In this document: positions 13,982 through 26,200 of the stretch, piece after piece
Position numbering within the stretch: the stretch's first letter is position 1
Layout of the letters: each line of letters begins with the position of its first letter
From: Somniosus microcephalus
Lineage: Eukaryota
Assembly: GCA_052327205.1 (NCBI GenBank)
Contig: CM126214.1
Span: 171,554,001 to 171,618,000 of the forward strand
DNA: 64,000 nt
Direction: 5' to 3'
Made by a program: the position numbers and the translations under genes
The notes under the pieces: generated by a model
What the model was told of the DNA's origin: nothing
Databases searched by the model: none
What the model saw: the letters and a program-made list of their open reading frames with translations, nothing else

Positions 13982-15135
13982 TACGATAACAAAATACTGC
14001 AGATGTTGGAAATCCGATTCCACCTTCCACACCAGTGCTTCAGACATGTCTTCCTTTTTCCGCAACCGAGGATTCCCCTCTACCGTGGTTGATGCTGCCC
14101 TCGACCGTGTCAGTTCTATCTCCCGCACTTCTGCCCTCACCCCTGCCCCTCCCTCCCGGAACCACGATAGGGTTCCCCTTGTCCTCACCTTTTACCCCAC
14201 CAGCCTCCACATTCAACGGATCATCCTCCGGCATTTCCGCTACCTCCAAAGTGATCCCACCACCAAACGTATCTTCCCCTCCCCTCCCCTTTCAGCATTC
14301 CGCAGGGACCGCTCCCTCCGAGACACCCTAGTCCACTCCTCTATCACCCCAAACAGCCCTTCCCCTTTGCCTGGCACCTTCCTGTGCAAGTGGAGGAGAT
14401 GTAACACCTGCCCCTATACCTCCCCCCTTCCCACTGTCCAGGGCCCCAAACACCCCTTCCAGGTGAAACAGTGATTTACTTGTTCTTCTCGCAATCTAAT
14501 ATACTGTATTCGCTGCTCATGATGCAGTCTCCTCTACACTGGGGAGACCAAACGCAGATTGGGTGACCGCTTTGCGGAACACCTCCGTTCAGTCCGTAAG
14601 GGTGACCCCGAGCTTCCGGTCGCCTGTCATTTTAATTCACCGCTCCATTCCTACTCGGACCTCACCGTCCTTGGCCTCTTGTATTGTTCCACGGAAGTTC
14701 AACGTAAACTCAAGGAACAGCACCTCATCTTCCGATTAGGCACTCTGCAGCCTTCCAGACTCAATATCGAGTTCTATCGAGTTCAACAATTTCAGATCAC
14801 AACCTCGGCCCCTATTTCATTTTTTCTTGTAATTTTTCCACTCCTTTCCCCCCCCCCACCCCCCCCCTTTCCTTTTGTTTCTCTCTCACACCTGGCAGCT
14901 ATCTCTTGCCCAGCCAGTACACTTTACACCTAATCTCAGCCTATTACCATCTCGTCTAGCTTCTAATCTCTTACTTTTGTTTCTTTTATTCTTTTGTCCG
15001 ATCACAGCCCTGCCTTCGATCTAGTTTCTTTTCTTTCCAGTTTTGAAGAAGAGTTCGACCTGAAACGTCAACTCAAATTTCTCTCCATGGATGTTGCCTG
15101 ACCTGCTGAGTTTTTCCAGCATTTTCTGTTGTTAT
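13982..15135 (+). mobile_element. Penelope-like element, 3' part (GIY-YIG endonuclease plus pLTR) with an inverted pLTR piece at its 5' end
   Basis: FFRNRGFP, VPLVLTFYP, CxxxxCNTC, LIYCIRC...YTGETKR.LGDRFAEH, LGTLQP..LN. The sequence ttcttttgtgctag is duplicated at 13968-13981 and 15136-15149. Confidence 0.85.
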
Positions 15136-15401
15136 TTCTTTTGTGCTAGGTATGACTCCAGTCAGTGGAGCGTTTTCTCTCCGATTCCCATTGACTTTAG
15201 TTTTACTAGGGGCTCCTTAATGCCACACTCGGTCAAATGCTGCCTTGATGTCAAGGGCAGTCTCTCTCGCCTCACGCTGGAATTCAGCTCTTTTGTCCAT
15301 GTTTGGAGCAAGGCTGTAATGAGGTCTCGAGCCGAGTGATCCCGACGGAACCCAAACTGGGCATCAGTGAGCAGGTTACATAGAAACATAGAAGATAGGA
15401 G

Positions 15402-15901
15402 NNNNNNNNNNNNNNNNNNNNNNNNNNNNNNNNNNNNNNNNNNNNNNNNNNNNNNNNNNNNNNNNNNNNNNNNNNNNNNNNNNNNNNNNNNNNNNNNNNN
15501 NNNNNNNNNNNNNNNNNNNNNNNNNNNNNNNNNNNNNNNNNNNNNNNNNNNNNNNNNNNNNNNNNNNNNNNNNNNNNNNNNNNNNNNNNNNNNNNNNNNN
15601 NNNNNNNNNNNNNNNNNNNNNNNNNNNNNNNNNNNNNNNNNNNNNNNNNNNNNNNNNNNNNNNNNNNNNNNNNNNNNNNNNNNNNNNNNNNNNNNNNNNN
15701 NNNNNNNNNNNNNNNNNNNNNNNNNNNNNNNNNNNNNNNNNNNNNNNNNNNNNNNNNNNNNNNNNNNNNNNNNNNNNNNNNNNNNNNNNNNNNNNNNNNN
15801 NNNNNNNNNNNNNNNNNNNNNNNNNNNNNNNNNNNNNNNNNNNNNNNNNNNNNNNNNNNNNNNNNNNNNNNNNNNNNNNNNNNNNNNNNNNNNNNNNNNN
15901 N
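15402..15901. other. Assembly gap (500 N)
   Basis: Run of N. Confidence 1.
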
Positions 15902-16122
15902 AGAGAGGGGGGGAGAGGAGAGAGAGAGGGGGGGAGAGGAGAGAGAGAGAGGGGGGGGAGAGGAGAGAGAGAGAGGGGGGGGGAGAGGAGAGAGAGAGAG
16001 AGGGGGGGGAGAGGAGAGAGAGAGAGAGGGGGGGGAGAGGAGAGAGAGAGAGGGGGGGGAGAGGAGGGGGGTGGGAGGAGAGGAGGGGGGAGAGAGAGAG
16101 AGGGGGGGAGGAGAGAGGGAGA
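15902..16122. repeat. GA-rich polypurine simple repeat
   Basis: Repeated gagagagggggggagaggag units. Confidence 0.9.
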
Positions 16123-16930
16123 GGCCTTGGTGACCAGGAGCCCCCGCTGACCTGCGCGGTTTCGGTCGGGCTCTCGGGCCGCGCGGTTGAAGCTGAGAGG
16201 GGCCGGGTTGCCGGGTAACCCTCCTCCCCCCCCCCCCCCCCACCCCCCCCCCCCCCCCCCGAGCGGCTACAGGCTGAGAGGGGCCCGGGCCCGGTTGCTG
16301 GGGTAACCCTCCAAGGTTGCGGCGCCCGGCGGAGACGGCGAGTCAAGAGCAAAAAAAAGGGTGAAAGCTAGGAAAATTAATGAGCTTAGAAAAATATTTA
16401 CAAATTAATTAACTTTAAAAAAAAAAAAAAGAAAAACTATTTAATTGTGTTGAGAGTGGGAAAAATAAATCAATAGTTAGGAATCAAGATGGCGGCCACT
16501 CACCTCAGCTCAGAAGGATTAGGCCCGCCCACACACGCAATGAAACTCCCCCCGTGATGCACCGATTGGTCAACCATCAGGTAACTCAACTGCAGGATTG
16601 GTCAACCATCACGGTCACTCAACGCTATCCCCTGTAGGATGGCCCGCCCACACACACAATGAACCCCTCCCCCCCCTCCCCGTGATGCACCGATCGGTCA
16701 ACCATCACGTCACTCAACGCTATCCCCTGTACGATTGGTCAACCATCACGTCACTCGACACTAATGAGCGGAGTTGTCAATTTTTTGAATGTTTTTAGTA
16801 TACTGTCCGAACCATTTTTGTCTGACCAAAAAGTAAATATGCCTATGACACTTCCATAATCATAAGCTTTCTTTTGATATAACATATGTGTAGGTACGCT
16901 GTATAACTTTTGTGTATAGAGGACAGACCT

Positions 16931-17098
16931 ACCTTCCTTCCTGAATTCCTTCCTTCTTGAATTCCTTCCTTCTTGAATTCCTTCCTTCCTGAATTCCTCC
17001 CTTCCTGAATTCCTTCCTGAATTCCTTCCTTCCTTCCTTCCTTCTTGAATTCCTTCCTTCCTTCCTGAATTCCTTCCTTCCTTCCTTCCTGAATTCCA
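16931..17098. repeat. (TTCC)n microsatellite punctuated by GAATTC
   Basis: About nine variable units of gaattccttccttcct. Confidence 0.9.
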
Positions 17099-19189
17099 GA
17101 ATTCCACAGGTTCACCACTCTCTGGGTGAAGAAATTCCTCCTCAGCTCAGTCCTAAATGGCTTACCCCTTATCCTTAGACTGTGACCCCTGGTTCTGGAC
17201 CCCCCCGCCATCGGGAACATCCTTCCTGCATCTAGTCTGTCTAGTCCTGTTAGAATTTTATAAGTTTCAAGGTTATTGGTGAGTAAGTGCCACTTGATAG
17301 CACTGTCGACGACACCTTCCATCACTTTCCTGATGATTGAGAGTAGACTGATGGGGCAGTAATTGGCCGGGTTGGATTTGTCCTGCTTTTTATGGACAGG
17401 ACATACCTGGTCAGCTTTCCACATTGTCGGATAGATGCCAGTGCTGTAGCTGTACTGGAACAACTTGGCTAGAGGCGCGGCTAGTTCTGGAGCACAAGTC
17501 TTCAGCACGATAGCCGGGATGTTGTCAGGACCCATAGACTTTGCTGTATCCAGTATGCTCATACATTTCTTGATAGCACGTGGCATGAATCGAATTGGCT
17601 GAAGACTGGCTTCTGTGATGGTGGGGACCTCCGGAGGAGGCCGATATGGATCACCCACTCGGCACTTCTGGCTGAAGATGGTTGCAAACGCTTCAGCCTC
17701 GTCTTTTGCACTCGTGCTGGGCTCCACTGTCATTGAGGATGGGAATATTCATGGAGCTTCCTCCTCCCGTTAGTTGTTTAATGGTCCATCACCATTCACG
17801 ACTGGATGTGGCAGGACTGCAGAGCTTTGATCTGATCCGTTGATTGTGGGATCGCTTAGCCCTGTCTATAGCATGCTGCTTCTGCTTTTTAGCATTCATG
17901 TAGTCCTGTGTTGCAGCTTCCCCAGGTTGGCACCTCATTTTTAGGTATGCCTGGTGCTGCTCCTGGCATGCTCTTCCACACTCCTTATTCAACCAGGGTT
18001 GGTCCCCTGGCTTGATGGTAATGGTAGAGTGAGGGATATGCCGGGTCATGACGTTACAGATTGTGGTGGAATACAATTCTGCTGCTGCTGATGGCCCACA
18101 GCGTCTCATGGATGCCCAGTTTTGAGCTGCCAGATCTGTTCTGAATCTATCCCATTTAGCATGGTGGTAGTGCCACACAACACGATGGAGGGTGTCCTCA
18201 GTGTGAAGACGGGATTTCGTCTCCACAATGACTGTGCGGTGGTCACTGCTACCAATGCTGTCATGGACAGATGCATCTGCGACAGGTAGATTGGTGAGGA
18301 CGAGGTCAAGTAGGTTTTTCCCCTTGTGTTGGTTCGCCCACCACCTGTTGCAGGTCCAGACTGGCAGCTATGTCCTTCAGGATTCAGCCAGCTCGGTCAG
18401 TAGTGGTGCTACCAAGCCATTCGCTGTGATGGACATTGAAGTCCCCCACCCGGAGTACATTCTGTTCCCTTGCTACTCTCGGTGCTTCTTCCAAGTGGTG
18501 TTCAACGTGGAGGAGTACTGATTCATCAGCTGAGGGAGGGCGGTAGGTGGTAATCAGCAGGAGGTTTCCTTGCCCATGCTTGACTTGAAGCCATGAGTTA
18601 ATGTTGAGGACTCCCAGGGCCACTCCTTCCCGACTGTATACCACTATGCCGCCACCCTTGGTGGTTCTGCCCTGCCGGTGGGACAGGACATACCCGGGGA
18701 AGGTGATGGAGGAGTTTGGGACATTGGTTGAAAGGTATGATTCTGTGAGTATGACAATGTCAGGCTGTTGCTTGACTAGTCTGTGGGACAGCGCTCCCAA
18801 TTTTGGCACAAATCCCCAGATGTTGGTGAGGAGGACTTTGCAGGGTTGACTGGGCTGGGTGTGCCGTCGTCGTGTCTGTAGGTCGATGCTGGGTGGTCCG
18901 TCCGGTTTTATTCTTCTTATTGTTTCTTGTAGCGGTTTGTTACAACTGAGTGGCTTGCTAGGCCATTTCAGAGGGCAGTTAAGAGTCAAACACATTGCTG
19001 TGAGTCTGGAGTCACATATAGGCCAGACCAGGTAAGGACGGCAGATTTCCTTCCCTAAAGGACATCAGTGAACCAGATGGGCTTTCACGACAAACCGATA
19101 GTTTCATGGTCACCATTACTGATACTAGCTTTTTTAAAATTCCAGATTTATTTAATTAACTGAATTTAAATTCCCCGGCTGCTGTGGTG

Positions 19190-19264
19190 GGATTTGAACT
19201 CTCGTCTCTGGATCATTAGTCCAGGCCTCTGGATTACTAGTCCAGTCACATTACCACTATGCTA
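19190..19264 (-). promoter_or_regulatory. Pol III type-2 internal promoter (A and B boxes) at the LINE 5' end
   Basis: On the minus strand, TAGCATAGTGG (A box, 19254-19264) and AGTTCAAATCC (B box, 19190-19200). Confidence 0.7.
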
Positions 19265-19978
19265 CCGTTCCCTCGATTACACTGCTCATACCTCAGTCCA
19301 GGAATTTCATTTCCAGGGAGTTAATGAGGGAACAACTGATTTAAGGTTATTCATCTGAATCAGTATTGTGATTGAAAACAGACTAAGCTTGTGACATTAT
19401 TCCATTGCAGTTGAACTTTGACCACAGAATGAGCATAAACTAGGATTCAGTATTGGTGTACAGTAATTCATCCACATGAACACCAGTGTGTGTAAATTTC
19501 CCATTTTCATTTTAAAGCGACAATGCTCCATTCTGGAAGGCAGAAAATCCTTTTGCAGTGTTCTTCTCCAGCCCAGTGAGTAGGTTACAGTCTTGCAGCG
19601 AGATACATTATTCAGTGGCCATGAACTCGTGAAGCTCATCGCACATTTATTAGCAAATGTGAGGAATGGCTCCCATTTGGGCTGGAGATTTGTGCTCTTC
19701 TGTTGTAACATTTAGTGAATATAATGAGAGGGACTGTAAACCATTGGAAAGGAATAGTCTTGTGCTGACCGAATTCAATTTATTGGCTGTCTCCTATATT
19801 GAAACACGCACATGCTTCCTTGCACTCTAAAATGCCCTTTGAACTGAAACATACAAAGCAGTTGTGTGATTATGAAGCACATGACTGTGTGTAGATTTGC
19901 CTTTTGCCAATCAGACTTTTGACTAAAGTAGTGAATCAATGAAGTGTTGGCTATGTACAATGTTTCTGCTTATTTCAG

Positions 19979-20074
19979 GTTGACATTGAAATCAATGGAG
20001 AACCAGTCGAGCTGCAGATGAAACTCGGACACAATGGGGAGGCCTTCTTTGTGGAAGAAACTGAGAAAAATGAG
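19979..20074 (+). CDS. LPIN3: Lipin coding exon 2
   Basis: tttcag|[32 protein letters not shown]|gtatgc, 96 nt. Confidence 0.95.
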
Positions 20075-20876
20075 GTATGCTGCTGATTTAGAAGCAAGTC
20101 AGATGACTATTGCAGTGGGTTAGACTTTGGCCTTTCATTTTTCCGACATGGGTTCACAACAAGCTAATGCAGTGAAGATTTTCAGTGTTGGGTGTAAGAG
20201 TCCTACATGAAGCAAGTTTGGGCAGTGGGGCCTTGTCAACTTGGTCAACAATTGTCACTGAGCTATTTGATTTGATTTGCAGCTGGTTTTACCTCTTTTA
20301 AGCCCAAATTCAGGAAAAATAAAATCTGAAAATCAAAGTCAAATTGTGATAGTCAATTACAACAAAATGCTCAAGAATAAGTTGGTTGCTGAATGTATTA
20401 ATTTATCTCACTGTGATGATCGAGATTGAGAATTCATTGTGTGCAGACCTGTGCCCTAATGCACCTTGGTGCAGATTTTAGGAATAGGAGTAGGCCATTC
20501 AGTTCTTCGAGCCTACTCCCCCATTGTTAGATCATGGCTGATCTACACCTCAACTCCATTTACCTGCCTTTGTTCCATATCTCTTAATACCTTTACCTAA
20601 CAAAAATCTAACTATCTCAGTCTTGAAATCTCCAATTGTTCTAGCATCCACAGCTAATTGAGGGAGAGAGTTTCAGATTTCTACTACCCTTTCTGTGGGG
20701 AAAAAGTGCTTCCTGATTTCACTCCTGAGTGGCCTAGCTTGAATTTTAAGATGGTGTCCCCTTGTTTTTGATTCCCCCACCAGAGGAAATAGTTTCTCTA
20801 TCTACCCTACTAAATCGTTCTAACATTTTAAGCACTATGATCAGATTACACTCAATCTTCTATACTCAAGAGAATA

Positions 20877-21194
20877 CAGGAAACTTTCGTTTAACCGGAA
20901 AGCTCTATCTACCGGCAAAATTCAGGAGCCGTTTCCTATAAGTTTTTTTACTTCTCGTTGCTTTTTTTTTCCAGTCAGGCTCTGCAAGGTCTAGCTGAAG
21001 CTGTTGCTTCGCTACAGAGACGCTTTTAAGCTGCGGCCGACTGTTTTGAAGCTGTTGCTAAGCAACAGGGTTTGTTGATTCACACGGAGCTTAAAAGCTC
21101 CGTATGTTTTAACATTAGCGCTGGTTTCTACGGCAGTTTTGATGGTACGGCACCAGCTCGGTCCCGTCAGTGCCGGATACCAGAAAGTTTCCTG
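20877..21194. mobile_element. MITE subfamily B, copy 2
   Basis: TA|CAGGAAACTTTC...GAAAGTTTCCTG|TA. Confidence 0.9.
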
Positions 21195-21751
21195 TATAAG
21201 CTAAGTTTATGCACCTGTCATCACAATTTAACCCTCTAAGCCCCAGTATCATCCTGGTGAATGCACTGCACTCCCGCCAAGGCCAATGTATTCTTCCTGA
21301 GGTGTGGTGCCCAAAACTGAACACCGTGCTCCAGATAGGGTCTGACCAAGGCTCTATAAAACAGAAACATAACTTCCTCTCTAGTGCCTACACTTCAAAA
21401 ATATTTCAATGGCTGTAAAGAGCTTTGGGATGTCCTGAGGACATGAAAGGTGCTATATAAATGCAAGTATTTCTTTCTTTCTTGAGATAAAAATGAACAT
21501 TCCATTAGCCTTTTTGATTGTTTTTTTGCACCTGTCTACTAGCTTTTAATAATTTGTATATTTGGACTCCCAAATATCTCTTCTCTACATTTTCTAGTTT
21601 CTCACCATTTAGAAAATACTCTGATTTGTCTTTCTTGGATCCAGAGTAGATGACCTCACACTTGCCCACACTGAATTTCAGTTGCCATAGTTTTGCCGAC
21701 TTACTTAATCTGTCTACGTCCCTTTACAATTTCCTGCTCCCATCAGCGCTA

Positions 21752-22078
21752 CAGGAAACTCTTTTTTATCCGGCACCAATGGGACCGGCGTGGTGCCGGT
21801 TGATCAAAAAGTCTGGATTACAGAGAGGTATACTTACTAAGGTACGAGAGCCCTGTACACGGACACAGATCCAGGCGTTCCTGTTGCATGGCAACAGGTG
21901 CAGGAACCCCGGTTACACGGCCACAGATCCAGGCGTTCCTGTTGCATGGCAACAGGTGCAGGAACCCCGGTTACACGGCCACTAATATGAAGTAAAACTT
22001 ATCTGAACCTACTCCTGAATTTTGCCGGTTAAGAGAGATTTCTGGTTATTTAGGTGCTGGTAAAAAGAGAGTTTCCTG
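21752..22078. mobile_element. MITE subfamily A, copy 3 (inverted relative to 706-1043)
   Basis: TA|CAGGAAACTCT...AGAGTTTCCTG|TA; the interior is the reverse complement of copy 1 with a different internal repeat arrangement. Confidence 0.9.
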
Positions 22079-22087
22079 TATGTACAG

Positions 22088-22321
22088 TGTGGTAAACCAC
22101 TGTTATACCTGCCTGTGTGGGTGTTTGTATTCCACTGTGTACATGTCTGTACATGCCTCGGCTGACTCCTCCCACGAGTCCAGGTATAAAGGTGACTGCT
22201 CCACAGTCCCTCTGTATTCTGGACTGGTCGACCACTCGAGGCACACCTTCATTCTCTTGTTAATAAAAGCCTGTTAGTTACTCGCTTAACCTCAGTCTTT
22301 TGAGTAATTGATAGCGCATCA
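22088..22321 (+). mobile_element. Solo LTR (probably Gypsy-type)
   Basis: TGTGGT...GCATCA termini, internal gtataaa and aataaa, 5-bp flanks tacag/tactg. Confidence 0.7.
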
Positions 22322-23956
22322 TACTGTCCCTCCTAACTTAATGTCATCTGCAAACTTTGACCTACAACTCTATTCCTTCCTCAAGTCATTAATAAATATA
22401 ATGAAAAGTTGAGGCTCCAGAACAGATCCCTGGGGAACACCACTTGTCACCTCCCGCCAATCAGAATACATACCCTTTAACCCCACTCTCTGTCTCCTAA
22501 CCAATGTCCAAACCAAGTCAAAAGGCCACCTCCAATTCAGTGTGCTCTCATTTTTGCTAATAATCTCATTGTGTGGAACCGTCTGGAAGTCGATATTGAT
22601 AATAGACATCTGTATACATAGGGCATAGACAGATTGGTGAAACGGGCAGACACCTGGTAAATGAAATTTAAAGCAGAAAAGTGTGAAGTGTTACATTTTG
22701 CTAGGAAGAATGAGGAGAGGCAATGTAAACTAAATGGTGCAATTTTAAAGGGGGTGCAGGAAGAGAGAGACCCGGAGGTGTGTGTACACAAATCTTCGAA
22801 GGTGGCAGGACAAGTTCAGAAAGTTGTAAAAAAGCATACGGAATCTTTGGCTTTGTAAATAGAAGCATAGAGTACAAAGGCTAGGAGGTTATGCTGACCC
22901 TTTATAAAATACTGTTTAGGCCCCAGTTGCAGCATTGTGTCCAATTCTGGGCACTACACTTGAACCTTAGAGAGGGTGTAGAAGAGATTTACTAGAATGA
23001 TACCAGGGATGAGGGACTTCCGCTCTGTGGAGAGATTGGAGAAGCTGGGGTAGTTCTCCTCCGAGCAGAGAAAATTAAGTGGAGATTTGATAGAGGTGTG
23101 CAAAATCATGAAGAGTTTTAATAGAGTAAATAAGGAGAAACTGTTTCCAGTGGCAGAAGGGTCAGTAACCAGAGGGCACAGATTTAAGGTAATTGGCAAA
23201 AGAACCAGAGGCGAGATGAGGAAACATTTTTTTAAGCAGCGAGTTATGATGATCTGGCATGCATTGCCTGAAAGGGTGGTGGAATCAGATTCAATAACAA
23301 CTTTCAAAAGGGAATTGGATAAATACTTGTAGGTGAAAAATTTGCTGGGCTATGGGGTAAGAGTAGCGGTGTGGGACTAATTGGATAGCTCTTCTAAAGA
23401 GCTGGCACTGGCGTATCATTCTATAACATCCATAGGCACTCCCTTACCTGTCTTATTAATGATCTCCTCAAAAAATGCAACTGCGTTAATCAGTCAAGAT
23501 GTACACGTAACAAAGTTATGTCGGCTCTCTCTGATCAACTCATATCTCATATTTGTTCAAGTGCTCAGTCGCTCCATCTCTATTGACAGATTCTAGTCGC
23601 TTCCTCACAACTGACGTTAAACTGACAGGCCTTTAGTAACCTGATTTCTCTCTCCCACCATTCTTGCATAGTGGTGTGCTATTAGCAAATTTCCAATCTA
23701 ACAGCTGAATTCCCGAATCTCAAAAAAAATGGAAAGATTATAACTAACGCTTCTGCAATTTCCTCATCTACTTCTTTTAATATCCTGTGGTGGAAACCAT
23801 CAGGTCCTGGAGGTTAAGCTATCCTAAGCCCCATTATTTTCTCCATTATCATTACAAAGTTCTTCATAAATGAAAAGAAAACATTAATGATGTGGCAACT
23901 GAGCTTTAAGCTTGATGACGGTACCAATTTTACTCATGGTTTTATTTTTTTCATAG

Positions 23957-24255
23957 GGCATTGTTCCCACACACTTAACAACATCACCAATTCCAGTTGA
24001 AGGGGCTTATTTTGCAAAAGAACCAGATTTGGCTAGTTCTGAATTCATTGAGAATCAAAATTTACCAACTCCATTCAATAGCCCAGAAATTGAAAACACT
24101 GTAAATAACACTTCAGCCAAAAAGAAAAGACGTCGAAGGAGGAAGCACAAACCAGAGAATTCAAAGAAAGATGACCAGGAGTCCTCTTCAGACGAGCAAG
24201 ATGTACCCGAGATGGACATTAGTACAGAGGAACAGTTGCGATGTGTAGTTACAAA
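23957..24255 (+). CDS. LPIN3: Lipin coding exon 3 (polybasic NLS)
   Basis: catag|GIVPTHLTTSPIP...KKKRRRRRKHK...CVVT|gtaagt, 299 nt, phase 2. Confidence 0.9.
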
Positions 24256-24461
24256 GTAAGTTATTCCTCAAGCTTTAGAAGCATATGCATTGTTTTTCAT
24301 GCATGACTATTAGTTACTTGTTGCTGTCTCACTGACCAATCTATCCCTGTTTACCTTATAACATTTCATAAACTGGAAGACCAACAGGTCACTCATTAAC
24401 CTTCTCGGCACCAGTGAAAAAAGCCCAACCAAAAGCCCTGATGTCTGGTAACATCCTAGTA

Positions 24462-24786
24462 CAGGAAACTTTGGTTTATCCGGAGGTTATATGTCCGGAA
24501 TACTCGATCTAACGGCAAAAATCAGGAGCCGTTTTTTTAGTTCTCGTTGCTTTTTTTTTTCCCCAGTCAGGCACTGCAAGGTCTGTAGCTATAGCAACAG
24601 CTTCAGCTAGAGATGCTTGCAGCTGCAGCCGACTGTTTTGAAGCTGTTGCTAAGCAACAGGGTTTGTTGATTCACACGGAGCTTTTCAGTTCCGTATGTT
24701 TCAACATTAACGCTGGTATGTCCGGCACTTTTGATGGGACGGCACCAGCTCGGTCCCGTCAGTGCCGGATATCAGAAAGTTTCCTG
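24462..24786. mobile_element. MITE subfamily B, copy 4
   Basis: TA|CAGGAAACTTT...AAAGTTTCCTG|TA, inserted in an old minus-strand CR1. Confidence 0.9.
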
Positions 24787-25134
24787 TAAATATATGCTGT
24801 ACCTTTTTCTATTGCTGTTATTTTCATCCTATAAAGTGTTGTCTAAGACTGTACACAGCACTCCATTTGTGGCCGAAGTAAGGTCTTTTTCAAGGTAAAG
24901 TAAAAAAACAAGGTCAACATTACTTTCCTGTATCTCTGTACAAAACCTAGGATTCTGTTTTATGGCCGTATCTACTTTTGATGCAACTTTAATGAGCGGT
25001 ATACATGCACACCAAGGTTCCTGTACTCTATTTCAAATGTTATCACAAAATCTCACCATTGATAGTGTTGCCATTTCTTTCCCTATTCCAAAATTTGTCA
25101 GTTCACATTTTTCCACTGCATGTAGAAATTAAAA

Positions 25135-25800
25135 TCATAGAAGTTTATGGCACAGAAGGAGGCCATTCGGCCCGTCATATCTGTGCTGGCCAAAAAAGAG
25201 CTATTCAGCCAAATCCCACTTTCCAGCTCTTGGTTCGTAACCTTGTAGGTTACGGCAGTTCAAGTGCATATCCAAGTACTTTTTAAATCCGATGAGGGTT
25301 CCTACCACCCTTTCAGGCAGTGAGTTCCAGACCCCCACAACCCTTTGGATGAAAAACCTTCTCCTCAACTCCCCTCTAATCCTTCTACCAATTACTTTAA
25401 ATCTATGCCCCTTGGTTACTGACCTCTCTGCTGGGGGAAATAGATCCTTCCTATCCACTCTATCTAGGTCCCTCATAATTTTATACACCTCAATTAAATC
25501 TCCCCTCAGCCTCCTCTGTTCCAAAGAAAACAACCCAGCCTATCTAATCTTTCCTCATAGCTAAAATTCTCCAGTCCTGGCAGCATCCTCGTAAATCTCC
25601 TCTGTACCCTCTCTAGTGCAATCACATCTTTTCTGTAATATGGTGACTAGCCTGTATGCGGTATTCTAGCTGTGGCCCAATTAGTGTTTTATACAGTTCA
25701 AGCATAAGTGCATAAGAACCTAAGAATTAGGAGCAGGAGTTGACCATAGGGCCCATCGAGCCTGCTCCGCCATTCCGTAAGATCATGGCTGATCTTACCC
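25135..25800 (-). mobile_element. CR1 3' fragments
   Basis: FSLEQRRLRGDLIEVYKIM...FFIQRVVGVWNSLP; a second CR1 tail at ~25712-25797. Confidence 0.85.
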
Positions 25801-26005
25801 GGAAGGACAGGTATCCCGAATGTCCTGCACTTTCTAACTGCAGGGCTGCTTTACATTTTTTTTCCTGTTGGTTTCCTGCCCACAGACAGGCTTAGGCCTG
25901 ACTGGCGAGGAAGCCCGCTACACAAAGCCGCAGCTGAGGACAGCAGGTATGTCTTGTGGGAGGGGGTTCTGATCCCGGGGATCCAGTCTGATGTTGGTCG
26001 AGGAG

Positions 26006-26200
26006 GGGGGTCCGATGGTGGTCGGGGAGGTGGGGTCCGATGGTGGTCGGGGAGGTGGGGTCCGATGGTGGTCGGGGAGGGGGGTCCGATGGTGGTCGGG
26101 GAGGTGGGGTCCGATGGTGGTCGGGGAGGTGGGGTCCGATGGTGGTCGGGGAGGTGGGGTCTGATGGTGGTCGGGGAGGTGGGGTCCGATGGTGGTGGTG
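26006..26200. repeat. 25-bp G-rich minisatellite within a non-autonomous element (~25800-26580)
   Basis: About 7 units of ggggtccgatggtggtcggggaggt. Confidence 0.9.

Larger units (their letters stand above)
15380..17269 (-). mobile_element. CR1 3' fragment spanning the gap, itself interrupted
   Basis: Tail catagaaacatagaa at 15379-15393; body 17099-17268 (ETYKILTGLDRLDAGRMFP...FFTQRVVNLWNS); aggtta on both flanks. Confidence 0.7.
11310..19272 (-). mobile_element. Full-length CR1/L2-group LINE with tRNA-like 5' head and single APE-RT ORF, interrupted by nested insertions
   Basis: Colinear pieces at ~11310-12073, 13700-13981, 15136-15379 and 17270-19272. APE: LLTNIWG, IVILTESYL, GDFNVHH. RT: KSMGPDNIP, PISLLS, GIPQGSVL, YKAQVRSVMEY. 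3' end catcccatgaatgaattaaaaaa. Confidence 0.8.
20480..23850 (-). mobile_element. Degenerate CR1 (minus) hosting two MITEs, a solo LTR and a + strand CR1 (~22600-23420)
   Basis: CR1 3' end at 20480; SGVPQGSVLEPQLF in ORF 22370..22609(-); the + insert reads KCEVLHF...KLFPVAEGSVTRGH. Confidence 0.8.

Noticed and set aside
15162-16352. Long ORFs of 283-396 aa in the ORF track
   Set aside because: They run through the 500-N gap and GA simple repeat, so they are artefacts.
16843-17733. 296-aa ORF as an intact protein
   Set aside because: Chance in-frame fusion of LINE RT, a CR1 fragment and a microsatellite.
19190-19272. tRNA gene
   Set aside because: Only A and B boxes with overlong spacing and no cloverleaf I can support; it is a retroelement head.
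26006-26200. CRISPR-like periodicity
   Set aside because: Head-to-tail tandem units with no unique spacers, in vertebrate intron context.
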